From Hydrurus foetidus (Eukaryota), in the NCBI GenBank assembly GCA_900617105.1, contig UYFQ01000006.1, positions 372,001 through 436,000 on the forward strand: a stretch of 64,000 nt of DNA, read 5' to 3'. The notes beneath the pieces are model-generated. The model was given only the letters and a program-made list of their open reading frames with translations, was not told the DNA's origin and did no database searches. The position numbers and the translations under genes were made by a program. This document shows positions 10,221 to 19,610 of the stretch, piece after piece. Numbering within the stretch: the stretch's first letter is position 1; every line of letters begins with the position of its first letter.

Positions 10221-10301
10221 GCACTCTGCACTCTGCACTCTGCACTCTGCACTCTGCACTCTGCACTCTGCACTCTGCACTCTGCACTCTGCACTCTGCA
10301 C
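10221..10301. repeat. Tandem heptamer repeat (GCACTCT) x11 + GCAC
   Basis: Perfect units read directly from the sequence; intergenic between divergent genes. Confidence 0.97.
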
Positions 10302-10378
10302 ACAGTCTAATCGTCCGCCTCCCGCGTCAAGCTGGATTGACTTCATACAAGTGCGCCTCGGACAAATACAATCGAACC

Positions 10379-10678
10379 ATGTTCCCCTTGACCGCCCGAG
10401 AAACCGAAAACTTCATGCTCCAGCGCTGCGCTTTGGCGGCGCGTCATGGCCTGGACGCACCACTGACGCAGCAAGATGCGAACGTATTTCGTGTGGCTGC
10501 GATGGTGTTGCAGTCGCGCCTGCCCCGTGAATCAGCACAGCTCATGCGGCTCAGCAACGATTACTTTTCAAGCCACCCGCAAGCCTTGCTGCCTGCCGTC
10601 GAAAATGTGAGGCGCGGTTGGGTGGTCAGTTTGCCTAGGCTGCGGGATATGCTGAGTCAGCAGCTGCTCAACGCATGA
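10379..10678 (+). CDS. Hypothetical protein, possible antitoxin partner of the downstream nucleotidyltransferase
   Basis: ORF whose stop overlaps the next start (ATGA). TACAAT lies 6 nt upstream of ATG 10379. Confidence 0.55.
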   Translation: MFPLTARETENFMLQRCALAARHGLDAPLTQQDANVFRVAAMVLQSRLPRESAQLMRLSNDYFSSHPQALLPAVENVRRGWVVSLPRLRDMLSQQLLNA

Positions 10679-11262
10679 GCACCGCTGCACCGGCATCCCC
10701 GGCTTTTTTTACCCACACCGCACTGGCCCAAGGTCTGCGGACTTTATTTGTTCAACTTGAAGACCGGTTGGCTTTGAGCCGACCACTGGCCGTTTATTTG
10801 GCTGGCGGCATGGCCGTCCACCTCTATACCGCCAACCGTGTGACCACCGACGTGGATGCTGAATTCGGTGCCAGGGTTTTACTTCCCCATGATCTGATGG
10901 TGGAGGTCACGCTGGAAGATGGTTCCCCGCAGCTGATTTACCTGGATACCAACTACAACTCGTCCTTCGCCCTGATGCATGAGGATTACCAGGACGACGC
11001 GCTGGCGATGGACATGGGTTTGCAGCATCTGCGGCTGCGGGTACTGTCCCCGGTTGATTTGGCGGTCAGCAAAATTGCCCGTCTGGCGGACAATGACCGC
11101 GAAGATATTGCAGCGCTGGTACGCCTTGGATTGACATCCGCCGATGCCATTGAAACCCGAGCCAATCAGGCTGTGGTGGGCTACGTGGGTAATCCACGTA
11201 TGCTGCTGCTCAATCTGAACGATGCGCTTGTGATTGCTCGCAAGGCAGCACCCAAGCTTTAA
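10675..11262 (+). CDS. DUF6036-like nucleotidyltransferase (AbiEii/MenT-like fold)
   Basis: LAGGMAVHLY...TTDVD (GG plus DxD) and LAVSKIAR...DREDI motifs. Confidence 0.7.
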   Translation: MSTAAPASPAFFTHTALAQGLRTLFVQLEDRLALSRPLAVYLAGGMAVHLYTANRVTTDVDAEFGARVLLPHDLMVEVTLEDGSPQLIYLDTNYNSSFALMHEDYQDDALAMDMGLQHLRLRVLSPVDLAVSKIARLADNDREDIAALVRLGLTSADAIETRANQAVVGYVGNPRMLLLNLNDALVIARKAAPKL

Positions 11263-11264
11263 CC

Positions 11265-12326
11265 ATGCAGCTCGCCCTCCCCCAACTCACCCCCCACCTG
11301 CAAAAAGGCATCAAGCCGCTGTACACGCTGTACGGCGACGAGCCGCTGCTGATTCAAGAGGCCAGCGACGCGATCCGGGCGGTGGCACGCACGCAGGGCT
11401 ATACCGAGCGCAGCGTGTACACCGTGGCCGGAGCGCATTTCGACTGGAGCGCGGTGCTGGCGGCGGGCAGCAGCTTGAGTTTGTTTGCGGACAAACAGAT
11501 CGTGGACATCCGCATTCCCTCAGGCAAACCGGGCAAAGAGGGCAGCGTGGCTTTGCAGCAGTTGGCCGAAAACAGCCGGGGCAATGACAGCACGCTGACC
11601 TTGGTGATGCTGCCGCGCCTGGACGCCGCTACGAAAAAAGGAGCCTGGTTCGCAGCACTGGAAAGCTTTGGCGTGAGTATCCCTGTCGAACCAATTGAGC
11701 GAGGAGCCCTGCCGCAGTGGATTGCCCAACGGCTGAACACCCAGGGCCAGCGTGTGGCGGCGGGGGAAGAGGGGCAGCGCAGCTTGCAGTTTTTTGCAGA
11801 ACGGGTGGAAGGCAACCTGCTGGCCGCGCACCAAGAAATCCAAAAACTCGGGCTGCTGCATCCGCAAGGCGAGTTGAGCTTTGCGCAGATCGAGTCTGCG
11901 GTGCTGAACGTGGCCCGCTATGACGTGTTCAAGCTCTCTGAAGCTGTGCTCAGCGGCCAGCGCCTGCGGGTGCAACGCATGCTGGACGGTTTGCAGGCCG
12001 AAGGCGAGGCCGAAGTGCTGGTGCATTGGGCGCTGGCCGAAGACATCCGTGCTTTGAAGCGCGTGAAAGACGCGATGGACGCGGGCCGCCCGCTGCCGAT
12101 GGCGCTGCGCGAAAACCGCATCTGGGGGCCGAAAGAGCGGCTGTTCGAGCGGGTGCTGCCGCGCCTGAGCAACCCTGCCATCACCCAACTGCTGGGGGCG
12201 GCGCACCAAGTGGACGGCATTGTGAAGGGCTTGAAGTTACCCGACTGGCCTGCTAACCCCTGGCAAGCGCTGCACCGGCTGGCGGGGATGCTGTGCGCGG
12301 TGTGTGGGAATGCACCGGCGCGGTGA
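11265..12326 (+). CDS. holA: DNA polymerase III delta subunit
   Basis: LYTLYGDEPLL, SLSLFAD, VEGNLLAAHQEIQKL, ARYDVFKL. Confidence 0.93.
   Translation: MQLALPQLTPHLQKGIKPLYTLYGDEPLLIQEASDAIRAVARTQGYTERSVYTVAGAHFDWSAVLAAGSSLSLFADKQIVDIRIPSGKPGKEGSVALQQLAENSRGNDSTLTLVMLPRLDAATKKGAWFAALESFGVSIPVEPIERGALPQWIAQRLNTQGQRVAAGEEGQRSLQFFAERVEGNLLAAHQEIQKLGLLHPQGELSFAQIESAVLNVARYDVFKLSEAVLSGQRLRVQRMLDGLQAEGEAEVLVHWALAEDIRALKRVKDAMDAGRPLPMALRENRIWGPKERLFERVLPRLSNPAITQLLGAAHQVDGIVKGLKLPDWPANPWQALHRLAGMLCAVCGNAPAR
11628..11681 (-). repeat. 54-bp bipartite motif inside holA
   Basis: GATACTCACGCCAAA GC TTTCCAGTGCT GC GAACCAG GCTCC TTTTTTC GTAGC. Confidence 0.6.
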
Positions 12327-12361
12327 GGTTGATCAGCTAAGACCCCTGGGGTTGAGTCTTC

Positions 12362-13024
12362 TTACGGCCTGCGCGTCATCCAAGCAGCAGCCAGCACCAA
12401 CAGCGAGGCGGTCAGCATGGCGGTGGCTGTGTGGGTGCCGCTCAGCCCAGCGATCAAGGCACCGCTCAGGTAGCACACCCAGGTCAGCATGTACAAACCC
12501 ACCGGGGGGCGAGCGGATGGGGTAGCGGGCGGTGTGGCGGGCGTCCCAGACCTTGGCGCCAAGGCGGACAGGCGATCTGCAAAAGCCTCTGCTATGCGGG
12601 CCATCGTGCTGGTGATGACCACGGTGCTCAGCGTCACGCCTGAGAACTGGGTCACGGCGGAGGCTTGCATGCCCATCGCGAACGCAATCAGCGCCAAAGA
12701 CAGGGTGCTGCTGGACAAGAGCACCAATGCCAAACCAATCAGGGCGGCTTCGCACAGCAGGGGAATCCAGGGTCTTTTGCCTGTCCAGCTCAGCAGCAGC
12801 CGGGCCAGCATAGACCCCAGAAAAAACGCTACCAACGGCAAGGCACGCTCCAGCGCGTGCAGCCATTCCGCATGCGCCACAGACAGGCCCAGCAGCACAG
12901 TGTTGCCTGTCATGTTGGCCGCAAAGATACCGTGCTGCACAAAGCCTACGGCATCCACAATGCCACAGGCCGTGCAGAGCACCATGCAGCAGATCATTTG
13001 AGTTTGTTTGGCGCTCATCGTCAT
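12362..13024 (-). CDS. YoaK / DUF1275 family membrane protein
   Basis: GIVDAVGF...FAANMTGN and FAMGMQ motifs. GGAGA RBS precedes 13024. Confidence 0.85.
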   Translation of the reverse strand: MTMSAKQTQMICCMVLCTACGIVDAVGFVQHGIFAANMTGNTVLLGLSVAHAEWLHALERALPLVAFFLGSMLARLLLSWTGKRPWIPLLCEAALIGLALVLLSSSTLSLALIAFAMGMQASAVTQFSGVTLSTVVITSTMARIAEAFADRLSALAPRSGTPATPPATPSARPPVGLYMLTWVCYLSGALIAGLSGTHTATAMLTASLLVLAAAWMTRRP

Positions 13025-13070
13025 CGGTTTTGTTTCTCCGTGTTTCTCAGTACTTCGTTCCATACGTTGT

Positions 13071-14684
13071 TCAATACCCGGCAGCGGCTCCGTCGCGGCG
13101 GGGGTCGCTGGCGGCAATGTAACCTTCGACAGCGGGGTCGCCTGCGCGGCAAATGAACTGGCCAGCACCGAAATCTTGGTACGGATCGTCAATCACGGCC
13201 ACTTGGTGACCCAGCGCGGTCAAACCTTGAACGGTTTGCGGATCCATTGCCGATTCCACATTGATTTCCAGCCCTTGGTTGTAGCGCCAACGGGGGGCAT
13301 CGCAGGCGACTTGGGGCGCTTGGTGGTGGTCAATCATGCGGGTCAGCACCTGCATGTGGCCTTGCGGCTGCATGTTGCCACCCATCACGCCAAAACTCAT
13401 CACCGGTTGGCCGTTTTGGGTCAAGAAAGCCGGGATGATGGTGTGGAAGGGGCGTTTGCCGGGGGCCACCACATTGGCGCTGTCGGGATTCAGGTTAAAG
13501 CCGTGGCCCCGGTTTTGCAGGCTGATGCCAAAGCTGGGTTCGACACAGCCTGAGCCAAAGCCCATGTAATTGCTTTGGATGAAGCTGACCATCATGCCGG
13601 ACTCATCCGCCGCCGTCAGGTAGATGGTGCCGCCTTTGACCGGGTTGCCTGCGCCGAAATCTTGCGCACGCTTCATGTCAATCAACCGGGCTCGCGTTGC
13701 GAGGTAGCTGTCGTCCAGCAGTTGCGCAGGGGTGCAGGCCATCGCTGCGGGTTCGGCGACGTAACGGTACACATCGGCAAAGGCCAGCTTCATCGCCTCA
13801 ATCTGCAGGTGCTGGTACTCGGCGCTGTCCACGCGCAGGCTGGCAACGTCAAAGTTCGCCAAAATACCCAGCGCCATCTGGGCTGCAATGCCTTGGCCGT
13901 TGGGCGGTATTTCGTGCAACGTGTAACCCCGATAGTCTTTGGCCAGCGGTGTCACCCATTCGGGCTGGCACGCGGCCAAATCTTGCATCGTCATGCACCC
14001 GCCGTTCGCGGTGGAAAAGCGCACCAGGGCTTCGGCCATTTCACCTTGGTAAAAGTCTTCCCCCTGGCTGTTCGCGATGGCACGCAAGGCCCGTGCTGCG
14101 GCCTTGAATTGAAACAGCTCGCCCACTTTGGGCACGCGCCCACGTGGCAAAAAGCTCTGCGCAAAACCAGGGAGCGTGGCCAAATCGACCGCCCCAGCAG
14201 CCCACTTTTGCTGCACCACGGGAGGCACCAAGTAGCCGCGCTCAGCGATGTCGATGGCGGGGGCCATCAGGTCGGCGAAGGGCAGCTTGCCAAAGCGGGC
14301 ATTCAAGGCCACCCAGCTGCGCACAGCACCGGGCACCGTCACCGCGTCCATGCCGCGCTTGGGCGGGGTGGTGGCATCGGGGCCGTATTTGCCTTTGAAG
14401 TAAGCAGGCGTCCAGCCTTGAGGCGCACGGCCCGAGGCATTGAGGCCATGCAGCTGATGACCATCCCACAGGATGCAAAAGGCATCGCTGCCCAAGCCGT
14501 TGCTGACGGGTTCCACCACCGTCATGACGGCAGCGGTGGCGATGGCGGCATCCACCGCGTTGCCGCCCTGGTACAGGATGCGCAACCCGGCTTGCGAGGC
14601 CAGGGGGTGGGAGGTAGCAACCACATTGCGTGCGAACACGGGCAAGCGGGTGCTGGGGTAGGGGTTGCTGTGGTTGAAGTTCAT
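13071..14684 (-). CDS. Gamma-glutamyltransferase family (Ntn hydrolase)
   Basis: GGNAVDAAIA, PPNGQG, nucleophile in GGTIYL, LQNRG, PGKRPFHTIIP, SDPRRDG. Confidence 0.92.
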   Translation of the reverse strand: MNFNHSNPYPSTRLPVFARNVVATSHPLASQAGLRILYQGGNAVDAAIATAAVMTVVEPVSNGLGSDAFCILWDGHQLHGLNASGRAPQGWTPAYFKGKYGPDATTPPKRGMDAVTVPGAVRSWVALNARFGKLPFADLMAPAIDIAERGYLVPPVVQQKWAAGAVDLATLPGFAQSFLPRGRVPKVGELFQFKAAARALRAIANSQGEDFYQGEMAEALVRFSTANGGCMTMQDLAACQPEWVTPLAKDYRGYTLHEIPPNGQGIAAQMALGILANFDVASLRVDSAEYQHLQIEAMKLAFADVYRYVAEPAAMACTPAQLLDDSYLATRARLIDMKRAQDFGAGNPVKGGTIYLTAADESGMMVSFIQSNYMGFGSGCVEPSFGISLQNRGHGFNLNPDSANVVAPGKRPFHTIIPAFLTQNGQPVMSFGVMGGNMQPQGHMQVLTRMIDHHQAPQVACDAPRWRYNQGLEINVESAMDPQTVQGLTALGHQVAVIDDPYQDFGAGQFICRAGDPAVEGYIAASDPRRDGAAAGY

Positions 14685-14717
14685 GGTGAAGCCTCGTCAA
14701 AAAGGGAAATCAACAAC

Positions 14718-15680
14718 TCAATCGAGTTTGATGTTGCGGTCAGCGATCAGTTTTTTCCATTTGCCCGTGTCAGCGGCCACCATGCGCTCAAACTGCACAG
14801 ACGTTCCCCCCACCGGCTCAATGCCCAAGCGGGTCAGGCGGTCTTTCACCTCGGCATCGGCCAGTGCCGCGTTGACACTGGCATTGAGCTTGGTGACCAT
14901 CTCTGCGGGCAGATTTTTGGGGCCATAAAGGCCAAACCAGGTGTTGGATTCGAAGCCAGGCAAGGTCTCCGCAATGGCGGGGACATCAGGTGCCAGCGGC
15001 GAGCGCTTGAGTGAGGTCACGCCCAGCGCTCGCAAGCGCCCGTCACGCACATGAGGCATCCCGGAGGGCAAAGAGTCAAACAAGACATTGATCTGCCCGC
15101 TGACCAAATCGGGGATGGCCAGTGCCGTGCCTTTGTACGGAATATGCAAAAGAAACAGCTCAGCCTGTGCTTTAAACAGTTCCGACGTGAGATGAACAAC
15201 CGTGCCTGTTCCGCTTGAAGCGTAATTGAGCTTGCCAGGGTTCTTTTTGGCGTAATCCACCCAATCCTTGACCGTTTTGGCGGGCGAATTATTAGGCACC
15301 AGCATGATGCTGGGTGCATTGCCCACATGAACGATGGGCGTGAAATCATGCACAACGTCGTAGGGCAGTTTGGCCCCTAAATGCGGGCCTATCGAATGGG
15401 TGCTAGAGGTTGTAAAAAGCAGGGTGTAGCCATCAGGCAGGGCTTTGGCCCCGATGTCAGTACCAATGGCGCCACCGGCACCGGGCTTGTTGTCCACGAT
15501 GACGGACGTACTCAGCTTCTCACCCAGCTTTAACGACACCGCACGAGCAAACAAGTCGGTCGCCCCGCCTGCAGGAAAGGGCACCACCATGCGGATTGGC
15601 TTAGCAGGGTAGGTTTGCGCGTACCCCACGGCGGCAGACAAGGCGAAGGTACAGAACAAAAGGCACTTGTAAGGTTTCAT
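14718..15680 (-). CDS. Bug/TctC tripartite tricarboxylate transporter substrate-binding protein
   Basis: YPAKPIRMVVPFPAGGATD, NKPGAGG, PDGYTL, IPYKG. Confidence 0.93.
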   Translation of the reverse strand: MKPYKCLLFCTFALSAAVGYAQTYPAKPIRMVVPFPAGGATDLFARAVSLKLGEKLSTSVIVDNKPGAGGAIGTDIGAKALPDGYTLLFTTSSTHSIGPHLGAKLPYDVVHDFTPIVHVGNAPSIMLVPNNSPAKTVKDWVDYAKKNPGKLNYASSGTGTVVHLTSELFKAQAELFLLHIPYKGTALAIPDLVSGQINVLFDSLPSGMPHVRDGRLRALGVTSLKRSPLAPDVPAIAETLPGFESNTWFGLYGPKNLPAEMVTKLNASVNAALADAEVKDRLTRLGIEPVGGTSVQFERMVAADTGKWKKLIADRNIKLD

Positions 15681-15794
15681 GAACAGTTCTCTCAGCATGG
15701 CGAGGCATTGGGGGTATTCGCCATTATGGAATCTCAATGGATAAAGAAAAAGCGAATAATTCTTTACCTTTAGCAAAGAAATTCTTTATTCATC

Positions 15795-16682
15795 ATGAGC
15801 AGCATCCGCATCCTTAAAACCTTTGTGGCGGTGGCCACGCAAGGCTCTTTTGCCGCCGCCACGCAGCAGGTGGCGCTGACCCAAGCGGCCATTGGCCTGC
15901 AAATGCGTACTCTGGAAGACGAGCTGAAGCGGCCTTTGTTTGACCGTCAGGGCAAACACGTCCGCCTCAATGAGGCCGGTCGCGCCCTGTTGCCGCAGGT
16001 GCGTAGCTTGGTGGAGCAGTATGCGCAGATGCGTGCCAGCAGTGATGCTTCTGAAACCCTGGCGGGCACCTTGAAAGTGGGGGCGGTAGTGTCGGCGGTG
16101 CGGCCCCTGTTGCAAGCCGCGCTGGCCTTGAAGCGGCAGTACCCGGCGCTGGATCTGCATGTCAGCGCGGCCAAATCAGCCGATCTGGTCGCCAAGGTTC
16201 GTGCAGGTGAGCTGGATGCAGCGATTGCGGTGCAAACCGAAGCGCAAGCCGCCACCGTCGATCTGGTCTGGACGGCGCTCTATACCGAGCCTATGGTGGT
16301 ACTGGTGCCGCGCACAGCGCCCGATTTCTTGCCCAAAGAGATGCTGCAAACCCAGCCGTTCATCCGGTTTGACCGCAGCGAGCACACCGGGCAGTTGGTC
16401 GAGCGCATCGTCCATCGCCTGCGGGCCAAGCCCAGCGATCTGCTGGAGCTCAACACGATCGAGACGATGGTGGATTTGGTTCGCGCCCAGTTTGGCGTGG
16501 CCATCCTTCCTCAATTGCGGGGTGCCCAGTGGGCACAGGACAAACAGCTGCGGGTACTGGACATTCCCGGCGCGGTGGAAGCCCGCCGCATGGCCTTGGT
16601 TCAACTGCGCATGCAGCCCAAAGCCCGGCTCATCAATGCGCTGGCACAGGAACTCCTTATACCCTCACCGCACGCGGGCTGA
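15795..16682 (+). CDS. LysR-type regulator, divergent from the Bug-GGT-YoaK operon
   Basis: GSFAAATQQVALTQAAIGLQMRTLE HTH. Confidence 0.9.
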   Translation: MSSIRILKTFVAVATQGSFAAATQQVALTQAAIGLQMRTLEDELKRPLFDRQGKHVRLNEAGRALLPQVRSLVEQYAQMRASSDASETLAGTLKVGAVVSAVRPLLQAALALKRQYPALDLHVSAAKSADLVAKVRAGELDAAIAVQTEAQAATVDLVWTALYTEPMVVLVPRTAPDFLPKEMLQTQPFIRFDRSEHTGQLVERIVHRLRAKPSDLLELNTIETMVDLVRAQFGVAILPQLRGAQWAQDKQLRVLDIPGAVEARRMALVQLRMQPKARLINALAQELLIPSPHAG

Positions 16683-16700
16683 GCATGAGAAAATAAAGGC

Positions 16701-17993
16701 ATGAATGCATTCAACATTGTCGAACACGTCCAGACTCTGGGAATCCACGCCAAAGCCGCCTCTGCGCTTATGGCACGGGCACCAGCAGCTACCAAAAGCA
16801 GAGCACTTCGGATCCTCGCCCAGTTGCTGCGCAGCAACCTGGAAAGCCTCGCCGTCGAGAACACCAAAGACCTGGCGAGCGCCACCGCTGCGGGCTTGGC
16901 GGCTCCGCTGGTGGACCGCCTGAAGCTCACTTCCAAGATCATTGACACCGTGGCCGAGGGCTGCGAGCAGCTCGCGGTGATGCCCGATTTGATTGGCGAG
17001 ATCACCGGCATGAAGCAGCAGCCCAGCGGCATCCGCGTGGGGCAAATGCGGGTGCCGATTGGCGTGTTCGGGATGATTTACGAGAGCCGCCCGAACGTGA
17101 CGATCGAAGCCGCCTCGCTGGCGATCAAAAGCGGCAACGCCTGCATCTTGCGCGGTGGCTCGGAGGCGATTCACTCGAACAAAGCGCTGGCGACGCTGGT
17201 GCAGCAAGCGCTGGTAGAGGCTGGTTTGCCGGCTGATGCGGTGCAACTGGTACAGACCACCGACCGCGAAGCCGTGGGGCATTTGATCGCCATGCCGCAG
17301 TACGTGGATGTCATCATCCCGCGTGGTGGTAAGGGGCTGATTGAGCGCATCAGCCGGGATGCCAAAGTGCCCGTCATCAAGCACCTGGACGGCAACTGCC
17401 ATGTCTATGTGGACGACCCCTGCGACATGGCGATGGCCGTCAAAGTGGCTGACAACGCCAAGACGAGCAAGTACAGCCCCTGCAACGCAGCCGAGGGCTT
17501 GCTGGTGGCGCGGGGAGTGGCGGCGACGTTTTTGCCTTTGATCGGTGCGGTGTACGCGGCCAAGGGCGTGGAAATGCGGTGCGATGAGGCCTCAGCGCTT
17601 ATCTTGCGTGCTACACCAGCTATCAGTTCAATAGCAAATATCACCTCGGCTACCGAACAAGACTGGTTTGAGGAGTACCTCGCGCCCGTCATCAGCATCA
17701 AACTAGTGGCCGGGGTGGACGCGGCGATTGCCCACATCAACCACTATTCCAGCCACCACACCGATGCCATCATCACGACCAACCACGTCCACGCCCAGCG
17801 CTTTTTGCGCGAGGTGGATTCGGCAAGCGTGATGGTGAACACCAGCACGCGGTTTGCCGATGGATTTGAGTTTGGGCTGGGGGCCGAAATCGGCATCAGC
17901 ACCGACAAATTCCATGCGCGGGGGCCAGTGGGTCTGGAGGGTCTGACCTCGCTGAAATACGTGGTGCTGGGCGAAGGCGAAGTGCGCACCTGA
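16701..17993 (+). CDS. proA: Glutamate-5-semialdehyde dehydrogenase
   Basis: [47 protein letters not shown]. Confidence 0.97.
   Translation: MNAFNIVEHVQTLGIHAKAASALMARAPAATKSRALRILAQLLRSNLESLAVENTKDLASATAAGLAAPLVDRLKLTSKIIDTVAEGCEQLAVMPDLIGEITGMKQQPSGIRVGQMRVPIGVFGMIYESRPNVTIEAASLAIKSGNACILRGGSEAIHSNKALATLVQQALVEAGLPADAVQLVQTTDREAVGHLIAMPQYVDVIIPRGGKGLIERISRDAKVPVIKHLDGNCHVYVDDPCDMAMAVKVADNAKTSKYSPCNAAEGLLVARGVAATFLPLIGAVYAAKGVEMRCDEASALILRATPAISSIANITSATEQDWFEEYLAPVISIKLVAGVDAAIAHINHYSSHHTDAIITTNHVHAQRFLREVDSASVMVNTSTRFADGFEFGLGAEIGISTDKFHARGPVGLEGLTSLKYVVLGEGEVRT
16751..16804 (+). repeat. 54-bp bipartite motif inside proA (5' copy)
   Basis: CAAAGCCGCCTCTGC GC TTATGGCACGG GC ACCAGCA GCTAC CAAAAGC AGAGC. 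Confidence 0.65.
17582..17635 (+). repeat. 54-bp bipartite motif inside proA (3' copy)
   Basis: CGATGAGGCCTCAGC GC TTATCTTGCGT GC TACACCA GCTAT CAGTTCA ATAGC. Confidence 0.75.
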
Positions 17994-18137
17994 TGCCTTG
18001 GCGACAAGGGGTCAGACGGGCCGCAGAACAATTAACTTCGCTTTTTAACCTGTTTTGACAAGTTACGTGGGATTGTGGTTTTTCTGAAATTTCAAACTCT
18101 TAGAATGGGTTATAACTAATTCGCACTAGGGTTTCGC

Positions 18138-19433
18138 ATGGTTCCCCACATGATCACGGCTTTGACTGGCCCCACCAACGAGCTTGAACAGCGCGTTCTG
18201 GATTCCACCCCCGCCATTGAGCGCTGGTTTCGGCTGGAGTGGATGGAGCACACACCGCCGTTTTATACCTCGGTGGACGTGCGCAACTCAGGCTTCAAGC
18301 TCGCGCCCGTGGACACCAATCTGCACCCCAGCGGCTGGAATAATTTGACCGCTGATATGCTGCCACTGGCCGTCCAGGCTGCGATGGCTGCTATCGAAAA
18401 AATTTGTCCCGATGCCCACAACATGGTACTGGTGCCCGACAGCCACAACCGCAGCACCTCGTACTTGAGCAATCTGGCCCAGCTCAAACGCATCTTTCAC
18501 GCCGCAGGGCTGAACGTGCGGTTTGGCTCCATCAGCACAGACATCAAGGTAGCCACCGATTTTGAGTTGCCCAATGGCACCATCATCACGCTGGAGCCCT
18601 TGCTGCGCGACAGAGGCCGTGTCGGACTGAAAGACTTTGACCCCTGCACCGTGCTGCTGAACAACGACCTCTCTGCCGGTGCCCCTGGTATTTTGGAAGA
18701 GTTGACCACGCAGTATGTGCTGCCACCGCTGCACGCGGGCTGGTCAGTGCGGCGCAAAAGCCTGCATTTCCAGAACTACGAAGAAGTCTCCAAGCGCTTT
18801 GGCAAGTTGCTGGGCGTTGACCCGTGGTTAATTACCCCCATATTCGCCCGCTGCGGTGGCGTAAATTTTGCTGAAAACAAGGGACTGGATGAACTCAGCA
18901 GCAACATTGATGCACTGCTGACCAAGATACGGCGCAAGTACAAAGAGTACGGCATCAACGAAAAGCCCTTTGTGGTCATCAAATCCGACAACAGCAACGA
19001 TGGATCAGGCGCCTTCACCGTGCGTGACGTGAAAGACCTGGAGCAGATCAAGCAGCGCCAAAAAAACCGCAGCAGCGACGTGCGTCCCGGTGCCGACATG
19101 ACCGAAGTGCTCGTGCAAGAAGGCGTGCTGACCAATGAGCGCATCAATGAATCGGTGGCCGAACCGGTGGTCTACATGATGGACCGCTATGTGGTGGGTG
19201 GTTTTTACCGTGTGCACGCCGACCGAGGCACGGACGACAACCTGTCCGGCCCCGGATCCAACTTTATCCCACTGGCTTTCCAGCGGAGTACACACCTGCC
19301 CCAGACGGGCGCCAAACCCGGTGCCAGCGCCCCCAACCGCTTTTACATGTACGGCGTGATTGGCCGTTTGGCGATGTTGGCAGCCAGCTACGAGCTTGAA
19401 GCCTCTGACCCTGAAGCCGAGATTTACAACTGA
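18138..19433 (+). CDS. gshA: Glutamate-cysteine ligase (betaproteobacterial type)
   Basis: PFYTSVDVRNSGFKLAPVDTN, LNNDLSAG, AEPVVYM...VGGFYRVH. Confidence 0.9.
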   Translation: MVPHMITALTGPTNELEQRVLDSTPAIERWFRLEWMEHTPPFYTSVDVRNSGFKLAPVDTNLHPSGWNNLTADMLPLAVQAAMAAIEKICPDAHNMVLVPDSHNRSTSYLSNLAQLKRIFHAAGLNVRFGSISTDIKVATDFELPNGTIITLEPLLRDRGRVGLKDFDPCTVLLNNDLSAGAPGILEELTTQYVLPPLHAGWSVRRKSLHFQNYEEVSKRFGKLLGVDPWLITPIFARCGGVNFAENKGLDELSSNIDALLTKIRRKYKEYGINEKPFVVIKSDNSNDGSGAFTVRDVKDLEQIKQRQKNRSSDVRPGADMTEVLVQEGVLTNERINESVAEPVVYMMDRYVVGGFYRVHADRGTDDNLSGPGSNFIPLAFQRSTHLPQTGAKPGASAPNRFYMYGVIGRLAMLAASYELEASDPEAEIYN

Positions 19434-19610
19434 TGGACAGCAGCGAGAGAGGCAAGGCTTTGGGTCGCCATCGCTCGCTACACAGTTGTTGCATCGCAAC
19501 ATGAATCAGCACAATAAGGGTTGTGTCGGTCTGGTAAAGGTGCAAAATAGCCTTCCCTAAGAATACGGACTCCCGAGCCGACCGCACAGGTCACAGCGAG
19601 GGGGAAACCT

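Noticed and set aside
10221..10301. Possible CRISPR array
   Set aside because: Contiguous 7-mers without spacers; no cas genes in the window.
9834..10530. ORFs with ALCTLHS peptide repeats
   Set aside because: Translation of the 7-bp VNTR; they overlap better-supported genes and the IS end.
13575..15014. 479-aa + strand ORF, and similar long ORFs at 30832-32268, 43821-44864 and 49755-50993
   Set aside because: Antisense to well-supported genes; expected in high-GC DNA; no recognisable motifs.
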